DNA from: Vicugna vicugna
Taxonomy: Eukaryota
DNA length: 64,000 nucleotides
Reading direction: 5' to 3'
Assembly (NCBI GenBank): GCA_013265495.1
Contig: MU057651.1
Span: forward strand, 620,001 to 684,000
The notes below the pieces were generated by a model. That model worked only from the letters and a program-made list of their open reading frames with translations. It made no database searches and had not been told where the DNA came from. The position numbers and the translations under genes were made by a program. Shown here piece after piece: positions 1-13,749 of the stretch (position 1 is its first letter; each line of letters begins with the position of its first letter).

Positions 1-246
1 TGCTCTGTAAATTGAGGATGTGAAAATTCACCACAAGAAATTAGTGTGAAAATTAAACCTGCAGAGAAGGTGCTCCATAAATGGGAATTATTCCTGTTGT
101 TATTATAGCAAACAGCTGGTATGAGCACTAGAGGCTTATTTCATTACGTCTAGTAAAGTCAGTTGGCTAAAAGCCCTCAGTTCCAGTTCTGAGCGCTCAC
201 TGACAACAGCAACCTAAATCTTTGCTTTTCCCAACACCTCTGTCTC

Positions 247-460
247 AGATTGTCTCAACATCAGCACTGCTGACATTTGCGGCTGAATAATTCTTTGTCA
301 CAGAGAAAGGAGGGAGGCTATCCTTTGCATTATGGTTTAGAAGCATCCTTAGCCTCTATCCACTAGATGCCAGTAGCATTCCCTGTGTTGTGACAATAAA
401 TGTGTCTCTAGACATTGCCAAATGTCCCCTGGAGGGCAGAATGGCCCTACGACCACCTCT
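247..460. mobile_element. MER20-like hAT-Charlie MITE
   Basis: Matches the recalled MER20 consensus: gcactgctgacattt...ccactagatgccagtagca...gacattgccaaatgtcccctgg. Confidence 0.75.
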
Positions 461-714
461 GCAGAGTCCTCCCCGTGCCCTACAGCTTGCACGGCTCTCT
501 TCCTTCTCTGAGTGCTTTTAGACGGACAGTTGCATGAAACAAGACGGCCTCCTATTCTCGAATTGTATCATGCTATTAAATCTTATCTTCCAAATAAAAT
601 TATAAGTTTCTTAATGGCAGGGAATTGTTTCTCTACTGTTTCCTCCAAAGAGTCTGGCACAGAACAGACAAATAGAAACCCAGTAAAGGTGTATTTCTTT
701 GCTCATTTTTTTCA

Positions 715-990
715 CCCATTCAATCAACAAGCATTTGTTAAGTGCCTTTATGTACCAGGCACTTAATTGAGCTGAATGTATCGGAAAAGAAGACACACTC
801 TCTGCCTGTAAAAAACTCACAGTCTAGTGAAGGAGACAGACAAGTATGGGGTGATATTTGCTGTGATAAAGGCAGTAAAGAAGAAGCTCCCTTAACTCAG
901 ACTGGGAGAGACAAGGAGGGCTTTCCTGAGGAGGCATCTTTTGAGCTGAGTTTTGAAGGATGAGTAGGGGTTAGTCAGACTGGAGGCACT
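715..990 (-). mobile_element. L2 LINE 3' fragment
   Basis: cattcaatcaacaagcatttgttaagtgcc...ccaggcact...gagctgagttttgaaggatgagtagg is typical of an antisense L2 3' end. Confidence 0.6.
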
Positions 991-1637
991 AACTGCAATA
1001 AGTAGCAATTTGTTAGATGCTTTTGTAGTATGAGTTTAATGAATATGCCTCATAGACCTTTGACTCTTTTCAACAGAGAATTTATTTAGTTTCTTAAAAT
1101 CTCTTTGACCCAGAAAGCTAACGGGAAGGGGAGTGTTTCGTAAAACAGAGTGGGTGTACACTAATGACACTGTGGGAAGGAGGCTTTGAGCATTTGCTGG
1201 CTCTGCCTCCCTGTCCACATAGCAATGTTCCTAAATTAAGAGAAAAGGCTATTTTATTGTGACTGTCCATTTTGAGGTTGAATTATCTATCATGATTGAT
1301 CAGGTGGGGGCCCCTGGAGTATGATCATAAGATATTTTTCATCAGACTGTTTGATCCCTTTTGGGGGTATAATCTTAAAACTTACTACTTAGTTCATTTT
1401 GTGATGTTTTCTCCTTACTTGATTTTTTCAAGTGAAAATATTTGGTTTCTGTCAGATTAGGAATATGAGGGAGGGGATGCTCTGCAGTACACGGTGAGTC
1501 TCAAACTTTTTATCTTGTGACTTCAGGGAGCCTGGAGTTCATGCAAGCAGGGTTAAAATTTTAAACGTTCAATTCCCACTCTAGGTGGCTTATGAAAAAC
1601 CTTCCCATGAAGTAAGTAATGATGGCAAAAAACTCAC

Positions 1638-1803
1638 TTAGCTTCTCTAGGATCTCCTCATCTGTCATCTTGGATTTTTTCCTTTGCCGATCTGTGTTTC
1701 TGTACAAAGTACTGGAGTTGGCGTTCTCAGCAGAAGGTGGTGTGACTTCTTTATTTGGTGCCGCTGGTGAAGCAATGGACTCAACCACGGAACGAGTGTA
1801 GAT
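1638..1803 (-). CDS. PAK3: PAK3 coding exon 6 (166 nt)
   Basis: ctctaag|ATC TAC...[55 protein letters not shown]+A|gtgagt. Confidence 0.97.
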
Positions 1804-1844
1804 CTTAGAGATAAGATATTTTGTTACACATTAAAGGCAAAAAT

Positions 1845-2065
1845 AATGCTACAATGGATAAACTTACATTTGACACATCATAATCACCCAAAGTCCATAG
1901 TTGACAAATGGCTCACTCTTATTAATGTTGTACATTCTACGGGTTTGGAAAAATGGATAATCAGGTGCATCTTTCATTATGGTATCATACAGAATATCTT
2001 CTCTACTCTAAAAATCTTCTGTGCTCCACCTATTCATCCCTCCTTCCACCTGGCTCCTCAACCCT
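1845..2065 (-). mobile_element. L1MC-like LINE-1 3' end fragment
   Basis: catcataatcacccaaagtccatag...gttgtacattcta...atcatacagaata...gtgctccacctattcatccctcc. Confidence 0.65.
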
Positions 2066-2481
2066 CAATGAATTTTTAAAGACAAGTGATTTCTCTTAAA
2101 AAAGAACTTTAAGTTGTTTCAAGTCTATGGCCCTTGAAAGCTCTCAGGAGCTAGTCTTTTGAGGTCCTCAAACATGCTGTGCTAATTGTGCTCTTGGTAC
2201 CCCTGCTTAGGCAATTCTTCTTACCTGATTCACATGGATTTCATTCTCTATCTTAGCTTGTACAGCAGTTTTAAAATTTAGCCCTTATTTGTATACCATT
2301 TGGTATTATTCTCTAACTGTCATGTGCTCATCTTGTCTCCCCAAACCACAACATCAACCAAATTTGTATCATATACTCTGGTTCTGGGAACACAGATGCT
2401 CAGTAGGTACTGGCTGATCAACTAGATTCTGACTTTGTGACTGTTCCAAAGGACAGCTTCGGAATCATGTGGAAATAGTCA

Positions 2482-2706
<225 letters not shown>

Positions 2707-3349
2707 TTAAGCATGTAGGGATAGAAAGGAACCATATCTTTTACAAATGAGCAGAGCCACCTACAATTTGGTGGCCAGGACCTATCCACATTCAGAGAGA
2801 AATTCAGGTAATAATGCAAGCGCCAGGAAATTTAAAAAATTCCTTTTATTGTCCACTGAGCTCAAAAATTGTGAACTTCATGTAACATTTTAAAGTTCAA
2901 TGTTTTTAAAATCAATGAATATATTTTAAAAATCAAATTCATTGCTTTTAAGCCTTGCATTTGTACCAGACAGATCATCAATTTGTTGACTGACAGTTTG
3001 CCAACCAGAAAAGGGCTATTTTTTGCCTAAAGATCAGAGCATGCTTATGGATGTGGCATTAATTCAGCTCTGCAAATACTCACTAAGTATAAGCAAGCCC
3101 ATGAATGTTTCTTTCCTGTTCAGCTTCCTGGAAAGAAGCACTCAGAGAGTATTTGACTTGAAGGAATACTCATCTATGTAAGTAAGTATTCGATCTCAAG
3201 CAACAGGTAAATGGTGATTTGCCATGTTAAAAATTGCAATAACACCAAAAATAATGACAACAACCACAGTATCTAGGGTTGTTTCTTGACCATTCATGTT
3301 AATGAAGGAGTCAAATGGTACCAAAGCTAGATTTTGAAATAACGATGGC

Positions 3350-3535
3350 CATGGTTCTCAAAGTGTGGTCCCCAGATCATCAGCAGCAGCATCATCAAGG
3401 AACTTGTTAGAAATGCAAATTCTTGGGTTCTATCCAGACCTATGAATCAGAAACCCTGGGGCTGGGACCCAGCAATCTTTGTTATAACAAGCCTTCCAGG
3501 TAATCCTGAAGCTTGCTCAAGTTTAAAAATCACTG
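3350..3535. mobile_element. MER5A-like hAT MITE
   Basis: tggttctcaaagtgtggtccc...cagcagcatca...gaacttgttagaaatgcaaattcttggg...aacaagcc.tccaggt. Confidence 0.8.
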
Positions 3536-3552
3536 AACTATGATAGAGGTCT

Positions 3553-3905
3553 GTGTATGTTGTTCAACATGACAGTCACTAGCCATACATGGCTATCCAA
3601 CACTTCAAATGTGGCTAGTCTGAATTGAGTCATAAGTTGCAAGTGAAAAAATATCTACCAGATATTGAATACACAGTATGAAAAAAATTCTTTTTAATAT
3701 GAAAAACATTATTTTAAGGAAATAGAAAATATTTCTTTAATGCTTTTTTAATTGAGTGTATGTTGATATAATATTTTTAATACGTTAGGTTAAAATATAT
3801 CACTAAAATTAATGTCGCCTCTTTCTTTCTACTTTTCAAAATGAAAATTAGAAAATTTAAAGTTACATATATGGCTTTTATTACATTTCTGTTGGACAGC
3901 ACTAT
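3553..3905. mobile_element. MER33/MER3-like hAT MITE
   Basis: cactagcca.acatggcta...aaatgtggctagt...AT-rich core...ttggacagcact terminus. Confidence 0.7.
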
Positions 3906-5571
3906 TATAGATGGCTTTTGATTTTTTGGTGTGTGTGTATTTATTTACTTATTTGTTTGTTTTTTGCTTATGCCTTTGGGTACACTGGCTCAGGCTAATC
4001 CTAAAAAGAATTTTCATTCCTTGAGGACAAATTTCTCGAGGCAAACATAGACAGCCTAGTAAAGGACTATTACATTGAAGGACCTCAGTCTGTGATTCAC
4101 AGTGGATTTTCTAGAATTGTGTATAAACCTATGGTGGTGTAATACGTGTAACCATATATTTTATTGGAGCCAGAAAGATTTATGTACTGTGAGAAGACAA
4201 CTTAGAATTAATAAACTTGAAAGAATATTTGATTGCCCTGATGTATATGCTGAGTGGTTTATAGATTAACAATTATATGCTTATGTGATAGTTTTTTTAT
4301 TTATATACCTGTATTTATCCTTAATTTAGCCACAACAACTGGGCTTTTATATTGTGTTATGGCTGTGCAGATAGCAACAGATATTAATGACACTATGTTT
4401 CTAGATAAAAAATAAGTTTCTTTTTGTGAAAGACTAACTCTTCAGGGCATCTCAGTGGGCTCAGGGAAAAGGTGCCTTTGGATTACTGGTATTTGCTTTG
4501 ATATTATTTTGTTGCATAAACTTCTGCTCTATCTTATACCAGCTGGGATCCAGAATGCAACTAATCACTGTTCCTTGATAGAAGGGCAGGACCTGCATAT
4601 AAACTGACTACTTTGTATATGGCAAACAATGCTATTTTAACCATTAGGCAATATGAACCATGCTTTATGTGGGCCTATGAAAACATCTGAAGTCAGAAAT
4701 AAATCATCAGCTCCAAAGTGCCACAAGTAAATGATAAAATCTAAGTCAATTAATGTCTAATTAAATGTCTATTAAGTATAATATATGTCAACTTAAATAG
4801 TCATTTAAATTTAGTATTTATAGAAATTTCATTATATTAAAAAACAAATTATGGGTTAGAATGCTCTATTTAGCAACAATTCTTGAGTACTCACAATGAT
4901 TTCCAAGAAACTATACCTAACTGTAACTTAAATGATACTTATAATCAAATCATCTCAAAATCAATATTTTTAAAAATCACTGTAAAAGTTTATAGCAAAA
5001 ATATAAAGGGGGGGTGTAGAGGCCCTTTAATATATTTGATGCATCACGTGGCCACCATAAGTGAGGGTGTATATGCAGCCTATCAGGATCTAAAAATGAC
5101 CCTGTTGGCAAATATAATGGGCTAAGGTGTAAGCTTCTTAGCCCAAACCTTAGACTGGTACAAAGACCAATCGGCGACTACAGGCCAAGCAGTAACCTTG
5201 CACGTCTCAGGTCTTGCTATTTCACTAGAAAAGATCCACCTGCAAAATTTCATTGATTGTTTCTTAACATTCGTTACTATCCTCATTATTGTAATTCCAT
5301 ATGGGGGACATCCCACATCTCCAAGGATGGACAAAGGGACTATTCAAAATGTATTTAAATGTTTTCATCCTTTGAGGGTTTGTAGGGGAGGCAAAGACAC
5401 ATGTTTCTCTTTATCTGGGACCAACACTATGCTACCATGTTGGTTGGTTGATTGGAAAGAATGTGTGACTTTCAGTGGACCTTATGTTTTGGATGATGGT
5501 TGGGCCAGGGAGCATGAACTACCCAGTAATACACCCAAAAAAAAAAAAAGACCAGTCCTTGGTACTAAGAA

Positions 5572-6110
5572 CTGAAGTTAACATAATTTCCTTCCCCTGT
5601 GTATTTTTTCCACATATTTTTCCATCCCTGTGTAAATAGTATTGGGACTGGGCATACTTTCTTTTCCCTGTGTTAAACAATATCAAGATAGAGAATATTT
5701 TCCTGTTCTTATGTTAAACAATACTGAGAACAACCAGAAATAACTTAGCTTCTCAGTTTAAGAAATATTTGTTCTTGGAAGGTAAGACTGAACCAACTCA
5801 AGTACTTTATTTATTAAGCATGACAGCTTGTTCACCAAGACTCTCTTCAAAACCCTCACTTTGTTATAGTCACCAATCCAAAACTATTTTATCGTAAAAA
5901 CTGCACAATCCTAACTCATTCCTTCCCTCGCAAGACCTGCTTCAAAATTACACAGTCCTGCTCGAAAACCCTATAAATATTCTTCCTTGATAAGACACTG
6001 CTAAGATTCTATCAAGGCAGTGCTTTTTCTTGCTACTGTAAGTATAATAACTTAGCTTTCCTTGATTAATAGGTTTTTCTGGTGGTCTTTTTTGGGAGTC
6101 AAAGTTATAA
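5572..6110 (+). mobile_element. Possible old solo LTR
   Basis: TG start, internal short repeats (tgttaaacaata twice), a TATA-like ccctataaata and an LTR-like 3' segment; family not recognised. Confidence 0.35.
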
Positions 6111-7439
6111 TGTTGCTACACTCTCCCTTCTAGGCTGAGGGTTATATGTCTGGTACGTCTAAACTTGTAAAAATATAGATAGATGGATATCAAGTAAGGA
6201 ATTTGTTGTCTTATTGAAATTAAGTATTTTTGACACTCATGATGGCATACAGTCGGGAAAGGGAGGTTATTCTCAACCTGAGTTGGGTATTGGACTCGTT
6301 TACAATTCTAAAGGGTTTAGCTTATCTCCCCAGAAAAATACAGGTAGACATATGTTTTTATATATAATTTCAAGGCTTCATAGACCTTCTGAAGCCCATT
6401 CATGGACTCCACATTGTAAACAATACTCTAGAGAATACACTAGCTAGAGAAACTACCTTAAGAAACTCTCCTTTCTTTGAGCTTAATTTTTTAAATTGAT
6501 ATATAGTTGATTTACAGTGTTGTGTTGGTTTCTGCTGTACAGCTTAATTTTTAAAGACTGAAGAAATAAGAAATAAGGACTTTGAAGACTTTAGATAATG
6601 CTAAATGTGGTCTGTGAGCCACTCCTCGTGCTTTTTTAAAACGCAGATTTCACGGTTCCATTCCAAATCTCTGAGAGTGGAGACCTGGAATCTGCATTTT
6701 AACAGCCTCCCTGGGCAATTTTAATGCATACTGAATTTGTTTTAAAAACACTAGCCTAGATAAACAAAATAAACCAGGACTGGAAATCAAAAGTATAATC
6801 TGTCCAAAGGTACACCTGGGTTCTCTAGGCACAAATCATGGCAGATTCGTATTATCACTGTTATCTTCCACTCAAAATACGAGCTCAGGATTCCCAATGC
6901 ATTACTTAACTCTCAATAGTACAATAAAAATACAAAAATTTAAAAGTAGCCTCAAACTGAAGAGTAGGTCCCTGAACAGTATTCAGCATCTAATAACAAT
7001 AATATTAAAGAAGCTATCACGACCGAGCAGTAAAGCATATGATTATGGGAGGCATCGCTGAATTCAATATTAATTATATAGCCATTAGTTTAACACATTT
7101 AGAGAAAACAACATTGTTTCTGTTTTGATTCCCAGCCAGGCTACTAGAAGATGCCGAAACTTGTGAGCAACTTAGGCTATGTCTATAAGGGGTAATCAAT
7201 CCCATTACATCACATCCTGCAGACAGCTAGGTCTACTGGGAGCGTTTCTAATGCAAAACAAACAAAAAAAATTCCAAAACCCATAAGCAGTGGGAAGTAC
7301 AATCTCCTCCTAGAACCATGAGGAGAATACAAGGTGCAATTCCCCATTCCTTAAGTTACTGAGTCTCAACAAAGTGATCCATCCTGACCTTAAGGGTCTA
7401 AATTCAGTTCATTCAATGAGTAGAAACCCAGCCTTAGGT

Positions 7440-8405
7440 ACTTTAATCAATCATCTCCATCTGGACGTCCTACCAGCCCTTCAAACCCAAACTTTACAAT
7501 AGGAAACTCAGCATCTTTTCACAGAAGCATGCAACTCCTGAAAAATAACACCCTCATCCTTTTGGCCACCCACATATCATTCAAAGCCCGCAGTCATCTT
7601 TGACCTCAACCTTTCCCCCAACATCCAATCAATAACCTAAACATCTCTGGAATTTGAATCTAATCTCCATCCCCACTGCTACTATCTCATGTAGGCCCTC
7701 ATCACCTCTGGCCTTGGATGCTTGCAATATTTTCCCGGTCAGCCTCCCTTCATCGACTCTTCTCTTCTGTCCTTAATTCATTCTGGACATTTGCTGTCAG
7801 CTCATTCTTCTAAAGCATAAGCTTTAAGCATCTGCTCCACAAAACTCCAAGGGCTTCCCACTGTACACTTACACAAGCCAGATTCCATAGAATACCATTG
7901 AAGGGCTTCTATGACTTGGCTCCAACTTAACTTTCAAGGCCTAACTCCTATAATGCCCTCTCCTGCATTTCAGTCTTCATTCAAACCCACACTCCCTTGT
8001 CCCCTTGCTCTCTTCACTACCCTGCCCTTTATCATGCTTTTCCTTTGCCTACAATGACCTTCTCTATCTGCAGATCCAAATCGCATTTGACCTTCAAGAT
8101 CTAGTTCAAATTCCACCTTTTATATGAAGCATTTTTTGGAATCAACATTCAACAAATACATACCAAGTGCCTATTTTGTACTAGCTTAAGCCTTTGAAGA
8201 CAAGGGCCTGTGTCTTTTCCCTCCCCAGCTAAAAGTAATCTCCTTTCTCTGAATTCTCATAGCAAATGGACAGATTTTGTGGTATATAACATATAGTACT
8301 GTGCTCCTTTATGTTCATACTTCTCTTCCCTTACCAGGCTGAGCTCCAATTTTCTGACTGAGCTCCAAAAAAGCACTTGATAAATATATGTTAAATAAGT
8401 GAGTA
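7440..8405 (+). mobile_element. L2 LINE fragment(s)
   Basis: Pyrimidine-rich L2 ORF2/3' motifs (ctccatctggacgtcc, catccaatcaat, ctcaccatccccactgc-like) ending in an ataaatatatgttaaataagtga tail. Confidence 0.6.
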
Positions 8406-9184
8406 TCCCGTTGTTTTATCTCCAAGCAGTGAGATCATCAGTTTTTTTCTGATCTGATGGAATATTTTGAACATTATGTAGAGTTAGTTTTAATTCTACA
8501 AGTAAAACCAAGCTTAAAAAAGCCAGTATTTTAAGAGATATATAAAATCAATACAAAGACTATCCTAGCAGGGTGGTGTTTAAAATAACTGAGCTCCCTA
8601 AAAAACAGCAACTCTTTCTTTGCCAAGATACCTATCTAGTATTGCACAACAATGACAGTAATTAAATCAAGGGCGGTAAGGTATGTGTTGATCACGGAAA
8701 GTTGGCATTTTTGTCTTTCCCACTTTGCTATTACCTCCCTTCACGTGCTGTTTTCAATGTGGCCCAGGAAGCTGTCATGGCAAAGCAGCGGCAGGAGGGA
8801 AAAGACCAGTGAGACTGGGAGGGCGACATTCTGCTCTGTTTTGAGAATTCTGAACAAGGCACAAGTATGGCAGCCTCATACAAGTCTCATGTGAGGAGAG
8901 AGTGAGTTTTTGTCTTTGTAGCCACCTAAAAATAGTAGCGAAAGTAGCTTACATGTAATAACCACATAGTATGTGCTAGGTGATGTCCGAAGTATATTAT
9001 ATGCCTTATCACATTCAATATTCACACAGGTTTTAGGAGGTAGGTACTGCTATTATTCCCAGTTAAGGCTGAGGAAAGAGAGGGTCACAGGAGCTGAGCC
9101 ACGTTCCTGAAGTGCCTCAGCTTGGAAGTGGAGGAATAAGACTAAACACCTATGTCCAGAGCCTCTACTCCTTTTTAAAGTTTT

Positions 9185-9770
9185 ATGTTAATGGTGGTAA
9201 AACACACATAACATAAAACGTATCACCTTAACCATTTTTAAGTGTACAGTCCAGGAGTGTTAAGTTTATTCAGGTTGTTGTGCAACCAATCACTGCTGTC
9301 TATCTCTGGAATTCTTTTCATTTTGCAAAACTGAAACTCTATACCCATTACACAACAACACTCCATTTCCACCTCACCCAGCAACCACTTTCTGTCTTTA
9401 TGATTTTGACTCCTCTAGGTACCTCATAAAAGTAGAATCATATAGTATTTGTCTTTTTGTGACTGGTTTATCTCACTTAGCATAATGTCCTTGAGGGTCA
9501 TCCATGTAGCATGTGTCAGGATTTCCTTCCTTTTTAAGACTAACATTCCAGTGTATTGGTATATTACTTTTGTTTATCCATTCAACTGTGGATGGACACT
9601 TGGGTTGCTTGCACCTTCTGGTTATTATGAATAATGCTGCTATGACTATGGGTGTACAAATATCTGTTTGAGACCCTTCTCCCAATTCCTCTGGGTATAT
9701 ATCTAGAAATGGAACTGCTGGATCATGTGGTAATTCTCTTCAAAATTTTTGACGACCTGCCATACTATTT
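9185..9770 (-). mobile_element. L1MB-like LINE-1 3' region
   Basis: aaccatttttaagtgtacagt...tttgtgactggtttatctcacttagcataatgtcc...ggatggacacttgggttgctt...ctgctggatcatgtggtaattct. Confidence 0.85.
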
Positions 9771-10394
9771 CAGAACCTTTAGTCTTTACCAGTAATGATT
9801 TACTGCTATCACATTGACTGCCCAGGGTGACCACCAAGTAGGTTAGCATGTTTGTCCCCTATAAAAGGAAGACTCAACTTGATTGTTCATGACTTTGAAT
9901 AAGCAGTTAGGAAAATTTCACTAATGGTAATTATTTCACTCCTAAGGAAGCAAATGGGGCAGGAAATAATTTCTATCAGGATATCAAAATGAAAATCATA
10001 CAAAGGGAAGCCTTGTCTAAGATCATTTTCTGTGTGGGGTACTCTTTTAGATACTAAAGTACTTCCTAGGCCTTGGAGCTTGGTTACTGATTTTCTGGTC
10101 ATATCTCTGATAAAACTATCTACATGACTTTGGGCAAAGTCGCCTCCCTCACTGCATCTCAGTTTGCTGCAGCAGGTGACAGCAAAAGGTGTAATGGTAT
10201 GACCTTAGACAAGTTATTTCACCTCTCTGAACCTCATCTGTAAAATGGAGACAATGATAAGACTTATCTAACTAGGTTGTAGGAAAGGTTAAGTGAATAT
10301 AAAGAATTATTAGCCCAATGCCCAGCACATTTGTTCAGTAAAGAGAAGTTTCTATCATTATGTTTATTATTTTCAAGATTCTACATGTAAAAGA

Positions 10395-10885
10395 AATAGA
10401 AACACTTGTCTTTGTAAAAACTTATCTATGAATTTTCATAGTAGCTTTATTTAAAAGCCAAAAACTGTAAATAGTCTAGAAACCCTTCAGTGGGTAAATT
10501 ATTAAACAAACAGGTATATATCCATACCATGGAATAGTATTTAGCGATAAAAAGGAACAAACTTCTGATACATACAACTTGGACGAATCGTAATAGCATC
10601 AGCTGAGTGAAAAGCCAATCCAAACGGTCATGTACTATATTATTTCATTTACATGAAATGTCCAGAAGGATAAACCTATAAAACCAAATTATTGATAGCC
10701 TAGGGCTATGGTGGGGTGGATGGGGGTTAACTATAGGCAGATATGGGAGACCCTACTGGGATGGTCAAAGTGTTCTAAAACTGGATTGTGGTGATGGTAA
10801 CACAAGTATATAAATTTACTAAAACTCATCAAATTGTACACTTAAAAAATGGGTGAATTTCATGTACCTAAATTATACCTTTAAA
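10395..10885 (+). mobile_element. L1ME/L1MB-like LINE-1 3' end
   Basis: atccataccatggaatagtatttagcgataaaaaggaac...ctggattgtggtgatgg...gtacacttaaaa...aaattatacct. Confidence 0.8.
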
Positions 10886-10996
10886 AATATTTTTAAAAGA
10901 TTCTATGTGTATCTAAAAACTAGATCTACACAATTATATTCTGTTGGACCACTAGAAACACTAGTCACACAAAACTGTTTTCAATTTTTCACTTAC

Positions 10997-11034
10997 CGAA
11001 GGATGAGCTGCTATGTATCCATGTGCGCTTTTAT
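10997..11034 (-). CDS. PAK3: PAK3 coding exon 4 (38 nt)
   Basis: ttttcag|AT AAA AGC GCA CAT GGA TAC ATA GCA GCT CAT CCT TCG|gtaagt = (D)KSAHGYIAAHPS; phases fit both neighbours. Confidence 0.95.
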
Positions 11035-12246
11035 CTGAAAAATGAAGATAAAGATATTACAAAAAGATTGCCTCATTTAGAGACCATGCTTAAAAAAACT
11101 GCATGTGTTTGATCAGAAAGACATTTTCCAATTCAGTATTAAATAGATACTATGACAAATGACATAGTTTTTCTTAAAATAGCTCACACTCTTACATCAT
11201 TGCCATATTCTCACCACCCCATCTTATAGATCTTAATGAAGGCCTCCAGTGAATCTCATCTATACTGGGGAATGTTGAGGTTACTATTCCTGATTGGTAT
11301 GATTCTACACATTTATATCCAGAACTTCTCCCCGACTGCCTCCTTCCCTCTCCCCCTCTGTCACTCCTTTCCCTCTTCCCTTCTACCATTCCTTCCTTTC
11401 TTCTTCTCTTCCTCCCCTCCCCCTCTTATGCTATTAGTCTCAACACTAGAGCATCAAGAATATATGGTGAATTTCAGAATAAGCAATAACTCAGACACTG
11501 TTGAGTTCTAACATAGTTTTCAGGATTTCATCTTTGTAAACTGAGAGAATTTGACACATAAAAATAAAAGGGTTAAAAAAGCAGTGGCAACATGGAATAA
11601 AGAATAAATTTTGAAAATCTGCCTCTAGTAAAACCAATGTCAAGAGGTGGGGACTCTTTATAGCTGGGGCACTAATGATAGTATTCTCTTCTTTCTTTAA
11701 ATGTAAAACAACAAATTGTTTTAGAGAGGCGACCCAGATCATCTTTTTCAAATTGCAAAAATTTTGTCTGGTGTGTTTTTTTCAGGTGCTTATAGTGGAA
11801 ATTTGAACATCAAAGCTTCAAACAAAGGCTGGGTCTACATGCTAGCAAATGAAATCGAGATTTGGCAGGAACATGGCCATTTCTGTCTCTTATAAATACC
11901 AGGACATGATTTCTTTTTTTTAAGTCTGATTTTGAGGTCTGATCAAAATAACCTGGCAACCACAAAATTTGTGCTGTGTCATCATGGGGCAATTCAGTGA
12001 CTCTAAGGCAATATAATAAATTTCAAGAGAACATGGTTTGATCCAGACATCTCTTACTTCATGAACACATTACAAGGCCTGATCCTAAGTGACTGAGTGT
12101 CTTCACACCAGTGAAGAGACAAAACAACAATTGTGACTGCTGACTCAAACTGACAACTACTGCTTCACTGAACAATTTCCTTATTTGAGTTCTAAAATCA
12201 CCCAAGTGCTGTAAATCTCCTAAGATCAACTTCAACTTCCAACTCA

Positions 12247-12618
<372 letters not shown>

Positions 12619-13704
12619 TCACCAAGAAGCCCATGCTACCTGTAGGATTACACTTGGGAAACTGAAGTTACACTCTAGATTTAAAGTTAGTAACTTAATA
12701 ATGCAATCATTCTCTTCTCTAATTAAAACACATAGGTAAAACTAGGATCCAACTTAAAAAGGGTGGGTGGGAGTATGACTGTGATAGAAAAAAAAAGCGC
12801 ATGAAAATCACCTCCATATTAACTCTGCTCATCCATGAAATGATGTTTACGGCTTAGCTTATTTTTTCTGGCGACTCAGGGCAGACATAGCAAGACTTCT
12901 CTAAATTTGTGCACAGCATAGTATAGTGCAGATCAACAGATTTTACATGACTGGAATCACATAAGCTGTTTCTGGGCATGTTGAAATTAGAGTATCTTTT
13001 AGAATACAAGGAAATCCTCACCCTTGGTCAGTTCATACTTTGTGATTATCAAATGTAATTTGGGGTGGGGTCTAGAACTTTTAATGTAAAGGGGGATTGA
13101 GAGGAGACAAAAATAGAATTGTGGAGGAGGAATAACCACTGTGATGCTAAATAGTAACATTAATGCTGCTTTGGGTGTTTTCCCTGCAGCTGTCTCCTCT
13201 TCTCCCTCCGTCCTCTCCTCCCTGCTTCATTCATTGGCCACATAGAACCTGGGGACTGTGACAACCATGCCAAAGCCTTATGAGAATTTGCAATAATAAG
13301 AAGCATTTAGAGGAGAGAGGAGGGATTATTTGGCAATCGAACCCAGGAGAATTGCAAAAATTACACAGAGAGGTTAGTTTTGCATTGAGCATTCAGCATT
13401 GTTTCCTACGTGTTCGGCCTCCAGATGTCCCCATTTCATAATTATCCAACCTCCAAGAACAACTTGGAGCGAGAAACAGACACACTATTCCTGCAGTGCA
13501 TCTAGACACAATTTCTGTGGCTTTGTCCTATGAAGTCTCGGCAAAACAATGTGTGACGTGGGCCTCCAGAGTTTGGGAATGACAACAAAAAAGTGAGATA
13601 AGCCAAGCAACAACTCTACTGCACACACATGAACCTGCTGCTGCAGTGCTATGACATCTCAAAGAAGCACTTTGATGCAAGCTTCTTTTGGGCCTGTGAC
13701 GCAC

Positions 13705-13749
13705 CTCTGGGAGCTTCCCTGGGCACATCTGTGAGCCATAGAGATCTGG
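13705..13749 (-). CDS. PAK3: PAK3 alternative cassette exon b (45 nt, 15 aa)
   Basis: ttacag|CCA GAT CTC...CCA GAG|gtgcgt encodes PDLYGSQMCPGKLPE, the known PAK3b insert; symmetric phase 0. Confidence 0.94.

Noticed and set aside
9449..9685. ORFs resembling the L1 ORF2 C-terminus
   Set aside because: Part of a degraded L1 fragment, not a gene.
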